A stretch of DNA of 64,000 nucleotides from Callorhinchus milii (lineage: Eukaryota). A program made the position numbers and the translations under genes. Positions 15,401-30,400 of the stretch are shown piece by piece (the first letter of the stretch is position 1; every line of letters starts with the position of its first letter). The notes below the pieces were generated by a model. It did no database searches, was not told the origin of the DNA, and saw nothing but the letters and a program-made list of their open reading frames with translations. The stretch lies in assembly GCF_018977255.1 (NCBI RefSeq), contig NW_024704743.1, positions 106,146,001-106,210,000 of the forward strand. Reading direction: 5' to 3'.

Positions 15401-18400
15401 TAGAGATGGTTCTGGAACAAAATGCCCTTATTACTCTTCCAAAACATTACTGTAACTCCACCAGTTTGGATTGCCTTTTTCATAGTTGATTCTCTTTCAA
15501 TTTCCCCCACTCCCGACTTACAAATAATTTCCTTTACTTGCAATCTGTAGATTGAGCTTCAACACCAAGACACAAAAGCGATTTTAGAGATTTTGTTTTA
15601 CTGCAATTTATTTAGTGAGGAGGTGGCTGAACGCCCTATAATCCACAGCAAGACGGATTTTCTCTTAGGTTTGAAAACTCTTATGCATATGTCAATGAAT
15701 TGTTTATCAAATTACTTATGTTTACCTTTATTTTATTGAATTTATACACTTAATGCAATTATATTTAATGAATTGCTTCTAATACATGAATTTATGAAGA
15801 AAGATCGAGACTTAAATTTGATATGATGTTAATCTCTTATCTAAGATGTCCAAGCAACAATTGAAAGTGCAATTCTATTTTTTCAGTGAAAGACTACATT
15901 TTCTTTGTCACCACAAAATCCCAACACAAAACAAATCCAAGCATGTATGTTACTTTAAAAGGATCATTGGGAGTTACAGGCAAATTAAAACTTACCAAAC
16001 AATCAAGTGAAATGAAGAAAGCCTTGGTAAGAATATTTATTGCTGTAAGAAAAATAGTATTAACATATTGTTCATTTTGAGCCTTGGCAGTGTGTGACAG
16101 CAGGCCTCTTGACTGTGGTGGGTGGCACAGTCTAGTCTAGCAGTCCAATACAATCTTAGGCAAGCGATGCATTGTTGGAGGTGCCATCCTTCACATGAAA
16201 CATTAAACTGAGGCCCCATCTAGCTGTTCATTTGGAAGTTTTAAGATCCCACTGCACCATTGATAAAGAGAAAGGAGTTTCTCCTGGTGTCCTGGACATC
16301 AATCCCTCAAATAAAATTGATCATTCACTTCCTGGCTGTTTGTGGGACATTGATATGTGCATATTGGCTGCGCAAAAATGTACAGTCAGTACACTTTATA
16401 GCAAATCCTATAAAGTCCATTGAGATGTCCTCCAGACATGAAATGTGATATATAAAATGTTCCCACAAACCGCCAACAATAACAACAACCATGAGTGATA
16501 CCAACTGAGCCAGGCTAACACCTGACACCTATTTTGTATCACAACTATTAAGATGGTCAGCAATGGGTCTTGAATCCATAAGCCCAGCACTTCATTGCTG
16601 TGACTTATGTTTCCTGTGTTTACTTTGTTCAATTCATGTTACATTTCGCAGGTCAGCATGTATCGCTTTCAGGCCATAAATGTTGGACAGCTACAAGAAT
16701 TGTACATTGAGATAAAACATACAGACATCTATCCTAAGCAGATTGTTGTGAGGGATGGAGTGGATAGTAGAGAAGAAGCTGTATTTGAATCTCAAGACAC
16801 CACAGAAGCAATAACTGAACGTGGTGGAACATTAAGAACCTTCAAATGTAAAGGTTAGTAAATTTATAATCTGTTATTTACATAACTCTCAGTCCCCTTC
16901 AGCATCAACATTTTTATTGAATTCCCTCTTGAAACTGATCACTCAATTCACCTCCACTTCCTCTCTGGACAAACTGTTAACACATGCTAAATACCCTCTA
17001 TATAAAGTAAACTATCTATTCATTCTCCCCCAAATGATCCTTTGAGTGTTTCCCTGAATCATGTTGAATAAAATATTATACTCATATATAAATCCCATAT
17101 TCCTTTTGCCTCGCTCTCTCCCTTGCCTCCTTCAAGGCATGTCTCAAGAACCTCCTCTTGGCCCAATTACTCAGTGATGGTGTTTATACGCCACCTGAGC
17201 TTGCACCAATCCTAATCCCCTCTCAATCTATTCCATATTCCCTCAGGTATGCATTGCGTTTTCCTTAAACGTTGATGCTTTCTACTTATATAACTGTACC
17301 CTTTTACAATCTGTCAAATGTGTTCTCCAGTTTTATATTGCCATCCTTAACCTTTAAATACTAATTTTAGTACATTTTATCAAATTATTGCTGCTCATTT
17401 TGAATTGGCTGCTACATTTTTATATTGCTGTACTTTTTTTTACTGAAGAGCATTAGAAGAGCTTTATTTCTATTTACTAAATATATCTTGTGCCATTTTT
17501 AGCTCCAACTGCATACGTTAAATACACACTGATGCTGAGATTCTTTAAAAAACGACACTGTTTTAACAGAACGAACTAACAATTAAAATGTACTTGTTTT
17601 GTTTAGACTACCAGAAGGTAAAAGACATTATGCCTTGTCCAGAATGGCCTCAAATTAAGAAAGGTAAATGAATTAAATCAGTACCAAATCAATTCATTTT
17701 GCTGTGAAATGCTGATGACCTGTCGCTGTTAATTTGGGGATAACTGCTCTTGGCACAGGTGGCAAATGGAATGTGTTACTTATAAAAGTTTGCAGTGAAG
17801 AACCTCCAGCAGTAATGTACACAGTTGAATTGGAAATGGTCATATATGGAGCAGCGAAACATTCTAAACCTATTGCGTTGACTTCTACCTCATCTGATTG
17901 TGAGCAAAATGTAACGTTTGAGGTGAGTCTCAATTATATAGAAATGCATAGACTGCACAGCATGGAAACAGGCCATTCAGCCCAACTAGTCCGTGCTCCT
18001 TTTTATAGTTCACATGAGCCTCTCCTAATCTCCTCAGTTATATCCCTGTATTCCCTTCCCTATGTATGCAATTCCTTCTTGAATAGTTTGCTTTCTGCTT
18101 CAACCACAGCTTTCACCCACAGCCCATTAATATTCACCTTATCAAATCCTTACATAATTTTAAACCCCTCTATCAGGTTGCTGATAAATAGCACCATTTT
18201 ATGTTTTCATAATATTAATAAATCCATTGATGTAGTGAGCTGAAGCTAGAGTGCTGCTTTTCTTCTGCTTTTAGAAATAGTTCCATAGAAGTAACAAATT
18301 AAAGAACAAATGCAAAACCATAAAGATGTCTATTCACTGTCCTTAATCTCACTTCAAAGTTTGTGGATAACATGAGAAGCTTTTGAAGATAACACGTTAT

Positions 18401-21400
18401 AGGTTATTTACACAAATAATGTTCCCTTGACAAGTTATTAATGTCATAAAGATGCTTTTTAAAATAAAACGGCTCACATGAAGGGTGAGCAATATTTTTA
18501 AATGCAATTTTTTAACAAGGAATTTTGTTGAATTCCCACCAACTTTTGGGAATGCTTCTCAGGAAGTAGCTTGCATCAGAGTGGAGTTCCCATGGATCCA
18601 GTGTGAAGTATGTTACACTGCCCTTTGAAGTTCCAGTGCGAAGCAGAGTTTTTGGAAGAAAGTTCCCAAATGTTAATGAGCGTTCTAAAGGTTTTCCTTA
18701 TTAAAAAACCCTGTTAAGAAATACCACAGCTCAAAATCCCATGGCCACTGATTATCTTGATGCATTGATTTTCTGACAACTTTTGGTTTTCCTTTTCTAA
18801 AATGAATGTTTGCTGAGTGTGTTCAGGTGCATATCTCTCTTGTCCATTTCCCTGGTTTTGAGTTGTTTCACCACAGTATAATTAAACTTATTGTTCTGTG
18901 TGGCTGGGGTTGAGTCTGGGATCAAGGAAATGGTGTATGAATTTATGACACATAAGCATATATTATTGATATCACAATGAGGTCTGAAAAGGTTATTTTT
19001 GATGTCACGATCAGCATAAAAATAAAATCTGGTGATAATACAATACAATTTACATTTATATAGCATCTTTCAGGAGGATGTCTTAAGTTAGCAAAACTAG
19101 CAAAGTCAAGATAAGAAAAACAATACTGCAAATACAAATGATTTGAGCAGCACATATTATAAAAGAGATTGAAAATGCTTCATGATATGTCAAAGTGAAT
19201 GCATCTGTGTGGGCAAGAATGACTATTTATTGGTCTAATTCAGAGTTGTCCAATAGAAATTGCAATACGATAGCCACATTCCTGATCTCTAGCTTTTCAA
19301 ATCAGCTTTTCAGCTGATTCAGGTCATCTTTACATCTTGTAACAATAATGGAACAGTACGTTAACACAACTACCTGCCTTTCATATTTTAGGTAAACGTA
19401 CCAGATGATATTGGTAAACCCTGGAAGATTCGACTAGGACTTGCAAATCCATCGGATAATATATCTCAAATAAAACTTCGCTATTTCAAGATGCAGAATG
19501 TGATAACAAAGGCTGCATTTAACTACTCTGTTAATGAGACACTTCCTGTTAGTTCTAACGGCGACAGATGGGTTGAGTTCCCTGTAGAGTGGCCACAAAA
19601 AACAGCTTTGAGTGGTGCGTATAAAATTATATCCTGCAGATTATACAAGACTGTGGTTATGCCAGTAATATAATGTACTTACAATATCATTGTAAACCAC
19701 TCCTTTGTAACTCCTGAGGCCCCAAATTTCACTGAGTCTCAGCCTGACTATTTCTGTAATCCACTCGTTCTTTCCTAACTCTCTTAAATTCAGTCTTATG
19801 TTAGAAGACGGCTCTTTTTAACAAATGCGAAAATCCAGCTCCCAAGCCGAATTTAAGAATTTTCCACAATTCTGTGTCATCTTAAATTTTAAGACAAGTA
19901 ACAGTCTTACAGGCAAAGACCAGATGGAACGTCAGGCTCGTAATGTTACCATTTTCACCTACAAATACTGTACATAGTCACTAGATTTAACAGTCATTAG
20001 TCTGAAGGGCTTTGAGATGTTTTGACGTGATAAAGCTCCATATCAAATGTAAGTTTTTTTTATTATAACGGACCATCTCAATAATTCTATTTTATGAATG
20101 TGATTTCATATCATAAATAATAACAACAACTTGCACTTATATAGCACCCTCCACACTGGGCAGCGTCTTAGAGCGCTTAACAATGGCAGAACCCAAGGAC
20201 GAGCCAGTGGGAGGGGGAAGGTGACAGTAGCGCGTTTGAAGGAGGGGGCGAGGTGAAGGGGTTGAGGGAGGGAGTTCCAAAGTTTTGGGGTGTAGTGGCT
20301 GAAGGCTGAAGGTACTGCTGTGGGAAGAGAGGAGGCGAGAGAGATTGGGCGGTGCCAAGGAATGGAGGGATTTAAACACTAGAGTGAGAATCTTGAAGTC
20401 AACTGCTCTGTAACAGGGAGGCAGTGGGGTTTGACAAGGACTTGAGTAATCGAGGTACAAAGTTTGGTGAGGGTGAGAATGCAGTCGGCGGAGTTTTGAA
20501 TGAGCTGAATTTTGTGAATAGTGGAGGAGGGGAGTCCGGCGAGGAGGACGTTAGAGTAGTCCAGCCGAGAGGTGGCAAAGACATGGACAAGGGATTCGAC
20601 AGCTTTTGGGGTTAGGTATTGTTGGAGATGGACAATGTGGCCGAGGTGGAAGAAAGCAGTGCTGGGAATAAATGATATAAAGTATGATAACATTTGGTCA
20701 ACAAGCTTACAATGGTAATAACATGATTTATTACACATTGTAAAACACATTTATATAGTGTCGGGAGGTCATCTCAATAGCACTTTACTCTGGCGGTTTG
20801 GGGGTGGAACTGAAGACAGTGGAGGGAATAATGATCAAACGCATTATCAAAGAGGTACATCTTGTAAAGCTAATTAATGATTTGGGCCTGTATCACAAGA
20901 GTTAACAAATTCTCAGGCTTCCATGAAGCTGTCTGTTGTGTTGCATCCTCATTATATCAATTTAGCTCAATTGTTAGCACTCTTGGATAGATTTGAGTTC
21001 AACACTAGGACTTGAGTTCCATAATATTTTTACTCTGTCCATTGTAGAACTTAGCCTCACTAGTTGAATTTTGCGTTAGGCAATGGAATTTACCCAATTA
21101 TACCCTAGTATATGTTCTGCAAGTTTTTCAGTACTCCTAGCATTTCTTCTTGTCCTGTTGTTCTGCATAAGAGAGCAATTACCTGCTCCAATGGGAATTA
21201 AATGAGGCTGCTTTTACAAGTGGAACAAATAATGCTATGGTGTATAACTTACTATATCACTTCAGTCATGATTTTCCATTCAGTTACAAATAAAAGTTGG
21301 CCAGGATAAAGATATTGTTGTAAGATAGATGTTATGAACAGCATTAAGTCTCCAGGGATCGGCATTGGACCCTAGCTTTTCGTTCTGTGGGTGGAATGAG

Positions 21401-24400
21401 GGGAGGTAATAGTGTAGGGTTTGGTTAGTTATATATATTAAAAAATCACTAATCATTAAACGTTATTGAATTTGTTATAAAGTATTGCATTTTCCCAGTT
21501 CACATCTATACCTAAAGACTGGAGGCAGATGTGAATTAACCCCAGACATCTGCACAATTGTGGCTGAAGATTTTAATGATCCCCATTGTGTTCCAAATTG
21601 CTGATTGCAGCATTTTAATGCAGCTCCATGAGCCATGGTTTACCTCAGCCAGTGAATTAGTCTGTGAATCGGCACTCAGATGTCAGCTCTGGCATCGGGA
21701 ACACAAACGGTGCCTCTAAGCAGAAAGTCAAGGTGACAGCACTTATGATCTTGGCTCTCCCACCTCTGGGCATGACTGTTGTACTGAATTTTCAGCACCT
21801 TGGGACGTCCTCCCGACATGAAAGGTGCTATATAAATGTAATTTTGTTGTTGTAGTTCATAGAGAGAGGGTTTCACGCCTGCAGATAGTCTTCAGAAGCA
21901 AAAATGTAACTTTTCATGACAGGTATAATACCACATTTAATGCTTATCAACTTTGGTTAGAATTAGAGCGGAGTATATCCAGTTGCCTGGTTGTCAACTG
22001 CATATATATATATATTATATATATTATATAGAACTCAAAGTCTAGGCTATCACTCCAGTCAGTGCTAGGGGTGCACTGCATTGTCGTAGGGGCTATCTTC
22101 AAATGAGATGTTAATCTGCCTCAATGTTAAAGATCCAATATCTCTACTCAAGAAGAGAAGGGAGTTTCTCCTGGTGTCCTGGCCAATAATTCCCCAAATA
22201 AAATTAATAATTCACTTCATGCTGTTTGTGGGACATTACTGTGGCTGCTATATTTGCTTACAAATACAAAGTCACTGCACTTCACAGTAAAATCCTGTGA
22301 AGCACTTTTATACATCTCAATGAATTCAAAAGGCGCTGTACCAAATGCAAGGATTATCATTATTATGATTAACAAACAAAATTAAATTGATCCACACTTT
22401 GTATTACACTATTTGGTTTGAATGATGTTACATTGTTAATTCTTTAAAAATGTGTCTTTGCAGTTGTGACATATAATTTGAAGATGTACTGCGATGACTT
22501 TTTGGATAAGGATCCCCCTATTGTTGTTAGTTTGTGTTTGTATGGGGAGAATGGTGACACTGGAGAAAGAAACCTTCTTAAACCTATTGGGAAACAAGCA
22601 GCATCTGAAGACAGAAAGGTACTCACAGGGAAAGAATGTACTTTGAAAAGAAAATTACACAACTTCTCTGTCTTCAACACAGTAACCTCCATGAAGCCCG
22701 CCACCTGCTCCCTGGACCCCATCCCCACCCTTCTCCTTAAATCCCGGCTCCACCTCTTTGCCCTACTACTCACCGACATCATTAACCTCTCTCTGTCATC
22801 TGGCACTGTTCCTTCCCCCCTCAAAACAGCCACTATCACCCTCACCTTGAAGAAACCTTCCCTCGACCCATCACAGCTATCTAGCTACCGGCCCATCTCA
22901 AGTCTCCCCTTCCTATCCAAAGTCCCTGAGAGAGCCATTGCCTCCCAGCTTCGCTCTTTCCTCTCCTCTCACTCCCTCCATGAACCCCTCCCACAGCACG
23001 GAAACTGCACTGGTCAAAGTCACAAACGACATCCTGACCATGTGTGACCAGGGCTCCCTCTGCCTCCTCGTTTTCCTCGACTACTCCACTGCCTTTGATA
23101 CCATGGACCAAACAATCCTCCTCCACCCCTTCTCCTCCCACCTCAACCTTCAAGGTTCTGTCCTTGACTGATTCAGGTCCTACCTTTCACTCCGCCTCCA
23201 CTTCGTCGCGGCAAACGGCTTCTCTTCCAGCCCCTGCACTGTCTCATGCGGTGTTCCTCAGGGCTCTGTCCTCGGTCCCCTCCTCTTCACCCTCTACATG
23301 CTCCCCCTTGGTGACATCATCCACAGACATGGGGTAAATTTCCACATGTATGCAGATGACACCCAACTCTACCTCTCTGCCTCTATCCTGAACTCCAGGA
23401 CTACTGACGTCCTGACCAACTGCCTGTCTGACATCACGTCCTGGATGAGGGACAACTTTCTCCAACTCAACGTCAGCAAGACTGAGGCCCTCCTGATTGG
23501 CTCGCGCCAGGGCCTCCGCACCTCGGGCACTGGCAGCATCAGCATCCACGGCTGCACACTCAACCTCACTAAGCCAGTCAGGAACCTGGTGTCTTGTTTG
23601 ACCCTGAACTGTCCTTTCTTCCCCACATCTGCGCCATGACTGGTACTGCCTACCACCACCTCCGCAACATTGCCAGACTCTGCCACTGCCTCACCCTCAG
23701 GCTGCCGAAACCCTCACCCACGCATTTGTCACATTTGTCAAGGCTTGAGTACAGGAACTCTCTCCTCATCGGCCTTCCCAACTCTTTCCTTCACAAGCTG
23801 CAGATCATCCAAAACTCTGCAGCTCGTGTACTCTCGCGCACTAGGCTCCATGACTCCCATCACTCCCACCCTCGCCCGACTCCATTGGTTCCCCATTCCC
23901 CAGAGGATCGAGTTCAAAATCCTCGTCCTCACCTTTAAGGCCATTCATGGCCTTGCCCCTCCTACCTCTCTGACCTGCTGACTCCCTACCAAGCTGCCCA
24001 CTCCCTACGTTCAGCGAGCTCCGGCCTGCTCCACGTCTCCCGCCCGACCCGCTCTACCATCAGTGGCCGAGCTTTCAGTCTCTTTGCCCTCACACTCTGG
24101 AACTCCATCCCACAATCCCTTTGCTTCTCTTCCTCCCTTGCCTCCTTCAAGGCCGGTCTCAAGACCCTTTTCTTCAACCGTGCCTTTGGTCACCCTCCCA
24201 CCTCTCTGCCTTCCCTTACCCCTACACCACCCCTCCCCCATGCTCGGGCCCCGACACCTGACTGTTGTGCTTTGGGACGTCTTACCGACGTGAAAGGCGC
24301 TCTATAAATGTAATTTTGTTGTTGTTGTGTTGCTGTTGTATTGGTTCTGTCCATGATACATTTTAGCTTTGCCTCTTCAAGTAATTAATAAGTGGCTGTT

Positions 24401-27400
24401 AATTCCATATTTCTTTTTTAATTTTCATGCAATTTAGAGTGTCCAATTATCTTTCTTCATTGATTTTCTTCCCACATAAGCTTATCTGCTCTTACCTGGC
24501 CTCCTCTTTCTGGGGTGTGATTCTATGGGAGCTGGTTGTGGGATGTGATTCTATGGGAGCTACTCCCAATGACAAGGATTTATGGGTGAACAGCCTTGGC
24601 AGTAAGTGTTGGCAAGCTACTTGACTGCCAACAGCATCACAACAGAGCCTGATCTCTCTCCACCCGGCTGGCATTCACCTTCACCACGAGGAAAAGGATA
24701 AGGACCAGGAACCCTAACTGGTTGTCCCTTTGCTAACCCTGAGAAGAAAGTCAAGGTGATGTTTGAGCCCAATTTAATCTATGGCTGAGCCCAGCAAATT
24801 CAGCATGGACCAGGATTCAAACCAGCAAATTCCTGGTCCATAGCTGTAGATCTGTTCATTATACAATCGGCACTGCCTGTTGTTCATATGATTAATAAAT
24901 CATTATCAATGGTGGATAATCATACATTTAAGGACACTCTGGGGATCCCAATCCATGGCTCTTGCCAATCTGTGGGAATACTCTCCAGAATTACCTCAGC
25001 TTCCCTCTGGTGCATCTTTCTGGATAGAGAGTGAATCTTCCATTCCAAACACAGGAACTTTCCTGTACAGGTGGCATGCATGGAACACTCAGTCTGGTCT
25101 GAATACTCTTAAGTAAACTTGGGTCATATTCCTTAGAGATGAGGAAATTGGTCTGACCGAATGTTTACAATAATAAATGGAATTGAAATAAGGGAAAATC
25201 TAGTAGAGAGATCCAGGAAAGGGGTAAATAGACTTGAAATTAGAGATACCCGTTTAATAGTACAAACGTTGTAAGAATGTGGAATACATTGATCCAGAAG
25301 GCCATAATAACAGGAACAGTTAAGCAGTTAAGGTAGTTACCATGATTGCAATTTAACTGTACAGTAAGTAAAGTGTGGGACTCAACAGGCTGATTGGCCT
25401 ATTTCTGTTCCCTCAATTCTACATCCTTAAAATGCTGAAGCCTTGAAAATGCTATGTGTTCTTTTCTACAGTTCTATGTGTTTCAAATTTTTGCTGTGCA
25501 GCTGGGAAAGATGAACAAACTCGAGCTGTCTGCCAATGGCATAAAAAGTAAGTATTGTCAGTGTCATGAGATAGAAGGAAAGCAAATGCAATAAGGATTC
25601 ACCATTTGAATCAGATTCAAACTTTTCCTTACCAGCATTATGAAAAAAAGTAGCTGGAGTTGCTACTATTTATTCCGGCAATGGATTGTTTGTTGGCTGG
25701 ATGGATGCAACCCTGGAACACAAGTTCACTTCAGTTAAAAAATATTGAGGCCAAAATTGTATTCCCAGTGATCTTTATAACATTGAACGAGTTAGAGATG
25801 GATTCAAAGGGGAGGGGAATTGTGATTCAAACCAGTTAGTAATTGTCGAGAGGTCATGAGCATGAAATATCCATACATGCAAGAAATGAATTTAACATTG
25901 GATTGAATTAAGAATGACGGAAATATGTTTGTTTTTAAGATGACAAATTTCATGTAAATGAGGTCTACGTCAGTGAAGCTACTCAACCAAAGAAACGTTT
26001 TGTGTTTGCTCTCAATGAGTGAGTACAACCTTTTGTGTTTTGACTGGCATCTACTGTCTCAGTGCAACTTAAAGTATTGTTCTGGGTTTGCTTTTACAAT
26101 CTCATTTACAATGTTATAAATCTGTATAAGTTTGTCTCTGAGACATCTCCTTTTAAGACAGAAGTGTCCTAGCCTGTCTAATCATTGTTCATTCTTACCA
26201 ATGTGCTCTGATAATAATCCACAATCATGACAATGTTGCTATTCCATACTTTATATACTTAGATTTAAGCTTTGCTTTACAAAATAATTCAACAATTTAA
26301 TTAAACTTGTGATGCACACAATGTTTTCCTGTAATACAATACAATACAATACAATACAATTATATTTATATAATAATAATCTTCACACTTGATATAGTGT
26401 GACTGTGTGTATTTTTTGTGGCCAAATATAGTGTCTTCAATGCCATGTATCAAAGCACTTAACACAGCTGGCTGGGCATCCAAGCCAAAGGTGGAAGGAG
26501 GAGAATTGTGATCCAAACCAGTTTGATATTGCCACATAGCCATGAGTATGAAACATCCAAGATATACCTCTTTGACTGCGTTTTCAGTCATATTTCCCAC
26601 CTCCTTCAGCTCCTACCCCCAGCTACGGTTGCCCATCCCCAGCAGTGCAAAGCCTTTGAGACATCCTCTTCACATGAAAATAACTATATAAATGTAAATT
26701 AATTTGTATTCTATTAATATACTTGTTTATTATACATTTTCCTTTTAGGAACATTTTAGTTATCCCCAAAAATCCAGTTATAAGGATATTTGAGTTGTCT
26801 GGTGTAATTAACGATGAACGGGAAGAATCAGAAAATTTGAAAAAACATCTCGTTGAATACGCGGTCAAGGTTTACACTGAAGATCAATTTGGGCCAAATA
26901 CGGATGTCAATATGTACATTATCTTATTTGGTGATGAAGCAGTTTCTAACAGAGTTCCTTTGACGGAAACAATAGATTTTCAAGAACCATTTAAAAAAAA
27001 GCACGTAAGTGAATGTTCCGAAGTTGTTGAAATTAAAATTCAGAAGAAGAAAATTATTGTACATATTCCAGTGTTCAACCTTTGACGTCTATTTCTTTGA
27101 TCACTTCATAGGTGGACCAATTCAGAATTGAAACAAATCCACTTGGTAAACTCTACCTAATTGAAATTGGCTATGGTAAACAAAATCCTAGTAAGTGCAG
27201 TTATGAAGCAATTGATCTTTACTTAAGACATCTGCTGTACTTGTAAAAATCTAATCATATCCTTGCATTTGATATAGTCTGATTTAATGTCATCAAAATG
27301 CCCCAAAGTGCTTCGAGATATTTTACTGCAAAGTATGGTGACTATTTATTTGAGCCAAATTGACATTGATAATATTGCTAATGCTTTTCTTTTGTAGGAA

Positions 27401-30400
27401 GTGGGTGGTTCCTGGGAAAAGTTGAGGTAACTGATGTATCCACAAAAGAAACCTATGTTTTCCCAGGCAACAGGTAATGTTTAGCATCTTTGCCATTGCT
27501 TTAACTTCAGCAACTTTTTAAAAATAAAATTAGTTTGCTGAATTTATTTTTTCTACTGATTCCTTGTTTTTAAAATATCATTCATGTGTTTTAGTAGCAA
27601 ACCATAAACGTGTTTAATGCTACTAAAGTTGATTCCAACCCTCAGCTCGGGTGCAAACCTTTAACTGTTGAATGCCTTGGGATGTCCTTCCGATGTGAAT
27701 GGCCCGATATAAATGTAATTTGTTGTTGTTTGCTGCTATTGGATTGATTTATTTGAATAAAGCAAACCTATATCGTAGCAGCTTTTAGGATCATTCATGA
27801 GGCTGGATTCAAAAATTTTAAATAAGAGGCAGCTTCCAAATTAAGACTGAATTGAAGAAGTTTCTTCAATTGTGTCCAATCTTGCATTTTAACACCAAAA
27901 TGTTCGATAGAATGAGAATAAAGTGCAGCCCCGTTATAACATTCTTCTTTTTAGATAAATTGAATTTAGTTATAAATGATTGCAGTGTGGTCCCCATTCA
28001 GCTGAGTATTTGCCGCTTGCTTCTCATATGTCAGCCAGTTGGGATGAAAAAGAAACTGACCTTAGGGTCATTGAGTCACTGCTGACATTATTGCCTGCAA
28101 ACCCAGACATTGACCTTTTTTTTAAAGCAGGAAAAGGATGGCGTGCAGGAAGCAAGCCAGTAAGCTGAGTAGATTAACAGTAAAACCATCTAAAGTATAT
28201 TGTTATAAGTCAGTTAGGATTTTATGGACTCCAACCATCATATTATAACAGACCACTCCTGCAGTTAGAACTTGGGGTCTAGGGAACTTCGTGTTCGTAG
28301 AAGCTCTGTACATATTTTGTGAAGAAATCCATGGGGTCTAATTTGAAGTATTACTTAATGGAATTCCTTAGAATTCTTGTCAACCCACAGGAACTCTGCT
28401 TCTGAAGGTGTTTGCATTGGAATGGAATTCCCTTGGATCAGTGTGATCCAGTGTACGTACAGTTATCAGGAGAAGCCCCAGTCACTCTCAGATTTCTTAC
28501 TAAAAAATTCCTTATTAATACTAAACACAAAAAGGAACTTTATCATTGATCAACAGAAATATCCGGATTAAGAGCCTTTCGCTCAAATTTCCTAGTAATA
28601 TTGCAACAAGTGTTCACCTACAAACCCCTTCCTATCCACAAAGTTTATTTGAATCCAATCAAAAGAAGGGATTCCAAGACAGCATTATGGTCTTTGTTTC
28701 ACTAATAGATAATCAATCATAATCTACATCTCCGATTCATTAGCTATAACTGTGATTTTAACGGTACCTTTAGGATAGAGGTAAGAGATATCGTGAAGCT
28801 CATCCCTTTCTATAAGGCCCAATTTACTGGGCACTGATATTCACTGCACCTATTGGGAACCGAGTATTCTTTAAACAGGCAATATCAAGCGATTTATTTT
28901 ATAACCTATTTTGCCATCATCACATGACGGGAAAAGGGATATTTCCCACACAGAAGAGAACTTAGGTTCAGACTGAAGTCAGTGCAGGACACCGTCTGGA
29001 GGAAGATATACTCAAGGGTCCTTTAAGAGCAATCCAGGAACCAACAGTTTAGTTGAGGTCCATGTTCAGTCTTTGTATACTAATTCAGAGTTTACTTTCT
29101 ATCAATAGATATGTCATAAGGAAAATCAAGTTGCATAACCCAGCAGGAATAATTCTGAAAAGGCAACAGATATCTGATTTAATTAGAGTGTTCGGAGTAA
29201 AGTGCTATTTAGAGGGTCCACCCTTTCCAAAGAAAACACTGACTCTCAAGACTTAATTAGACAGTGTTTAGGTCCATATTGATTTTTACTGCTGATAAAC
29301 CATCATTCATCCCCATGCCTTACAATTAATTTATCACATCAAAGGGTCATCTAAAAGGCAACAAGGTGTAGGATCCTGAAACAGCTTAGACCAATCCCAG
29401 TTAATTTTCTATGTGGCAAGGCCTCGAAGCTCATTCATCATTCCTGACAGTTTAAGCTATATTGATACTGTAATCATAGCTAATGGATCAGCACTAAAGA
29501 TTTCAACACATTCATTATGTATCAAAGGAACATATTGGTAGAGCTGTTCTCTCCCTCTATGTTCTATGTTCTAATTGTGTTTGAAAGAAGGTACATTGAT
29601 AAAGACATATCCGTGTAACTAAGTACCTGAACTCCAAAAGTTCTCACACAGTCTTAGTCTTCAGACAATCGTCCTAAATTTTAAGACTATGTGAATTTTA
29701 AGAACTACAAAAATCTGGCTTTCAAGTTAAGACCGAATTTTAAGAAATCTCCAAAATTTGCACAATTGAACATTTCTTCAGACAGTGGCCTTAAGACTAA
29801 GACCATTACTTCCAGGCTTTTTATGTTGGTTTAGAGGGAGTAATTGTTCACCTGTCACAAGCAAATTATGTTTAAGATCTTTATCTACTCAAAGAAAATG
29901 TATTATTTATTGCACACTGTCTAAGATACCCTCTGCAGTCTGGTAATACCAAGTTATGTTTTGTTGCATCAGCAATATTCACTTGTGCAACTTTTCCTAC
30001 ATTGCTTCCAGACCTTAAATTCCAAGGTCTTCACTAAATTCCTGTCTATGACAGTCACCCGAGATTCAGTTAGAAAAATATTCTACTCTCATTTAGGAAA
30101 AGATTCCAGTATGACTTGGATACAAAATACAAGCTCAGGAAAACCAATTACTTGACAAAATAGAAAACTTGAAATGGGCAAATTTTACAAACACATAACC
30201 AATATCTTGTTTAATAAACTGAGCTAGTCGTACACTGAGAACACAATGCTTTGACAGCTCTAAAGGTATTTAGAATAATGTGCAAAAACAAAACACGCTG
30301 CAGAATTGTGAAATTTGATTTAAATTTGGTGTGACCTTAAATTTCAAGACAAAATAGTCTTAAAGGCTGGAACGTCCAGCTATTAGTTTGTATTGAAACC

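Noticed and set aside
22466..23047. Apparent PLAT-reverse transcriptase fusion ORF (193 aa)
   Set aside because: Read-through of exon p past its donor at 22618 into an intronic, frameshifted L2; the normal donor keeps phase with exon q.
27850..27871. 10-bp perfect inverted repeat aattgaagaa-gt-ttcttcaatt
   Set aside because: Short and AT-rich; could arise by chance in 64 kb.
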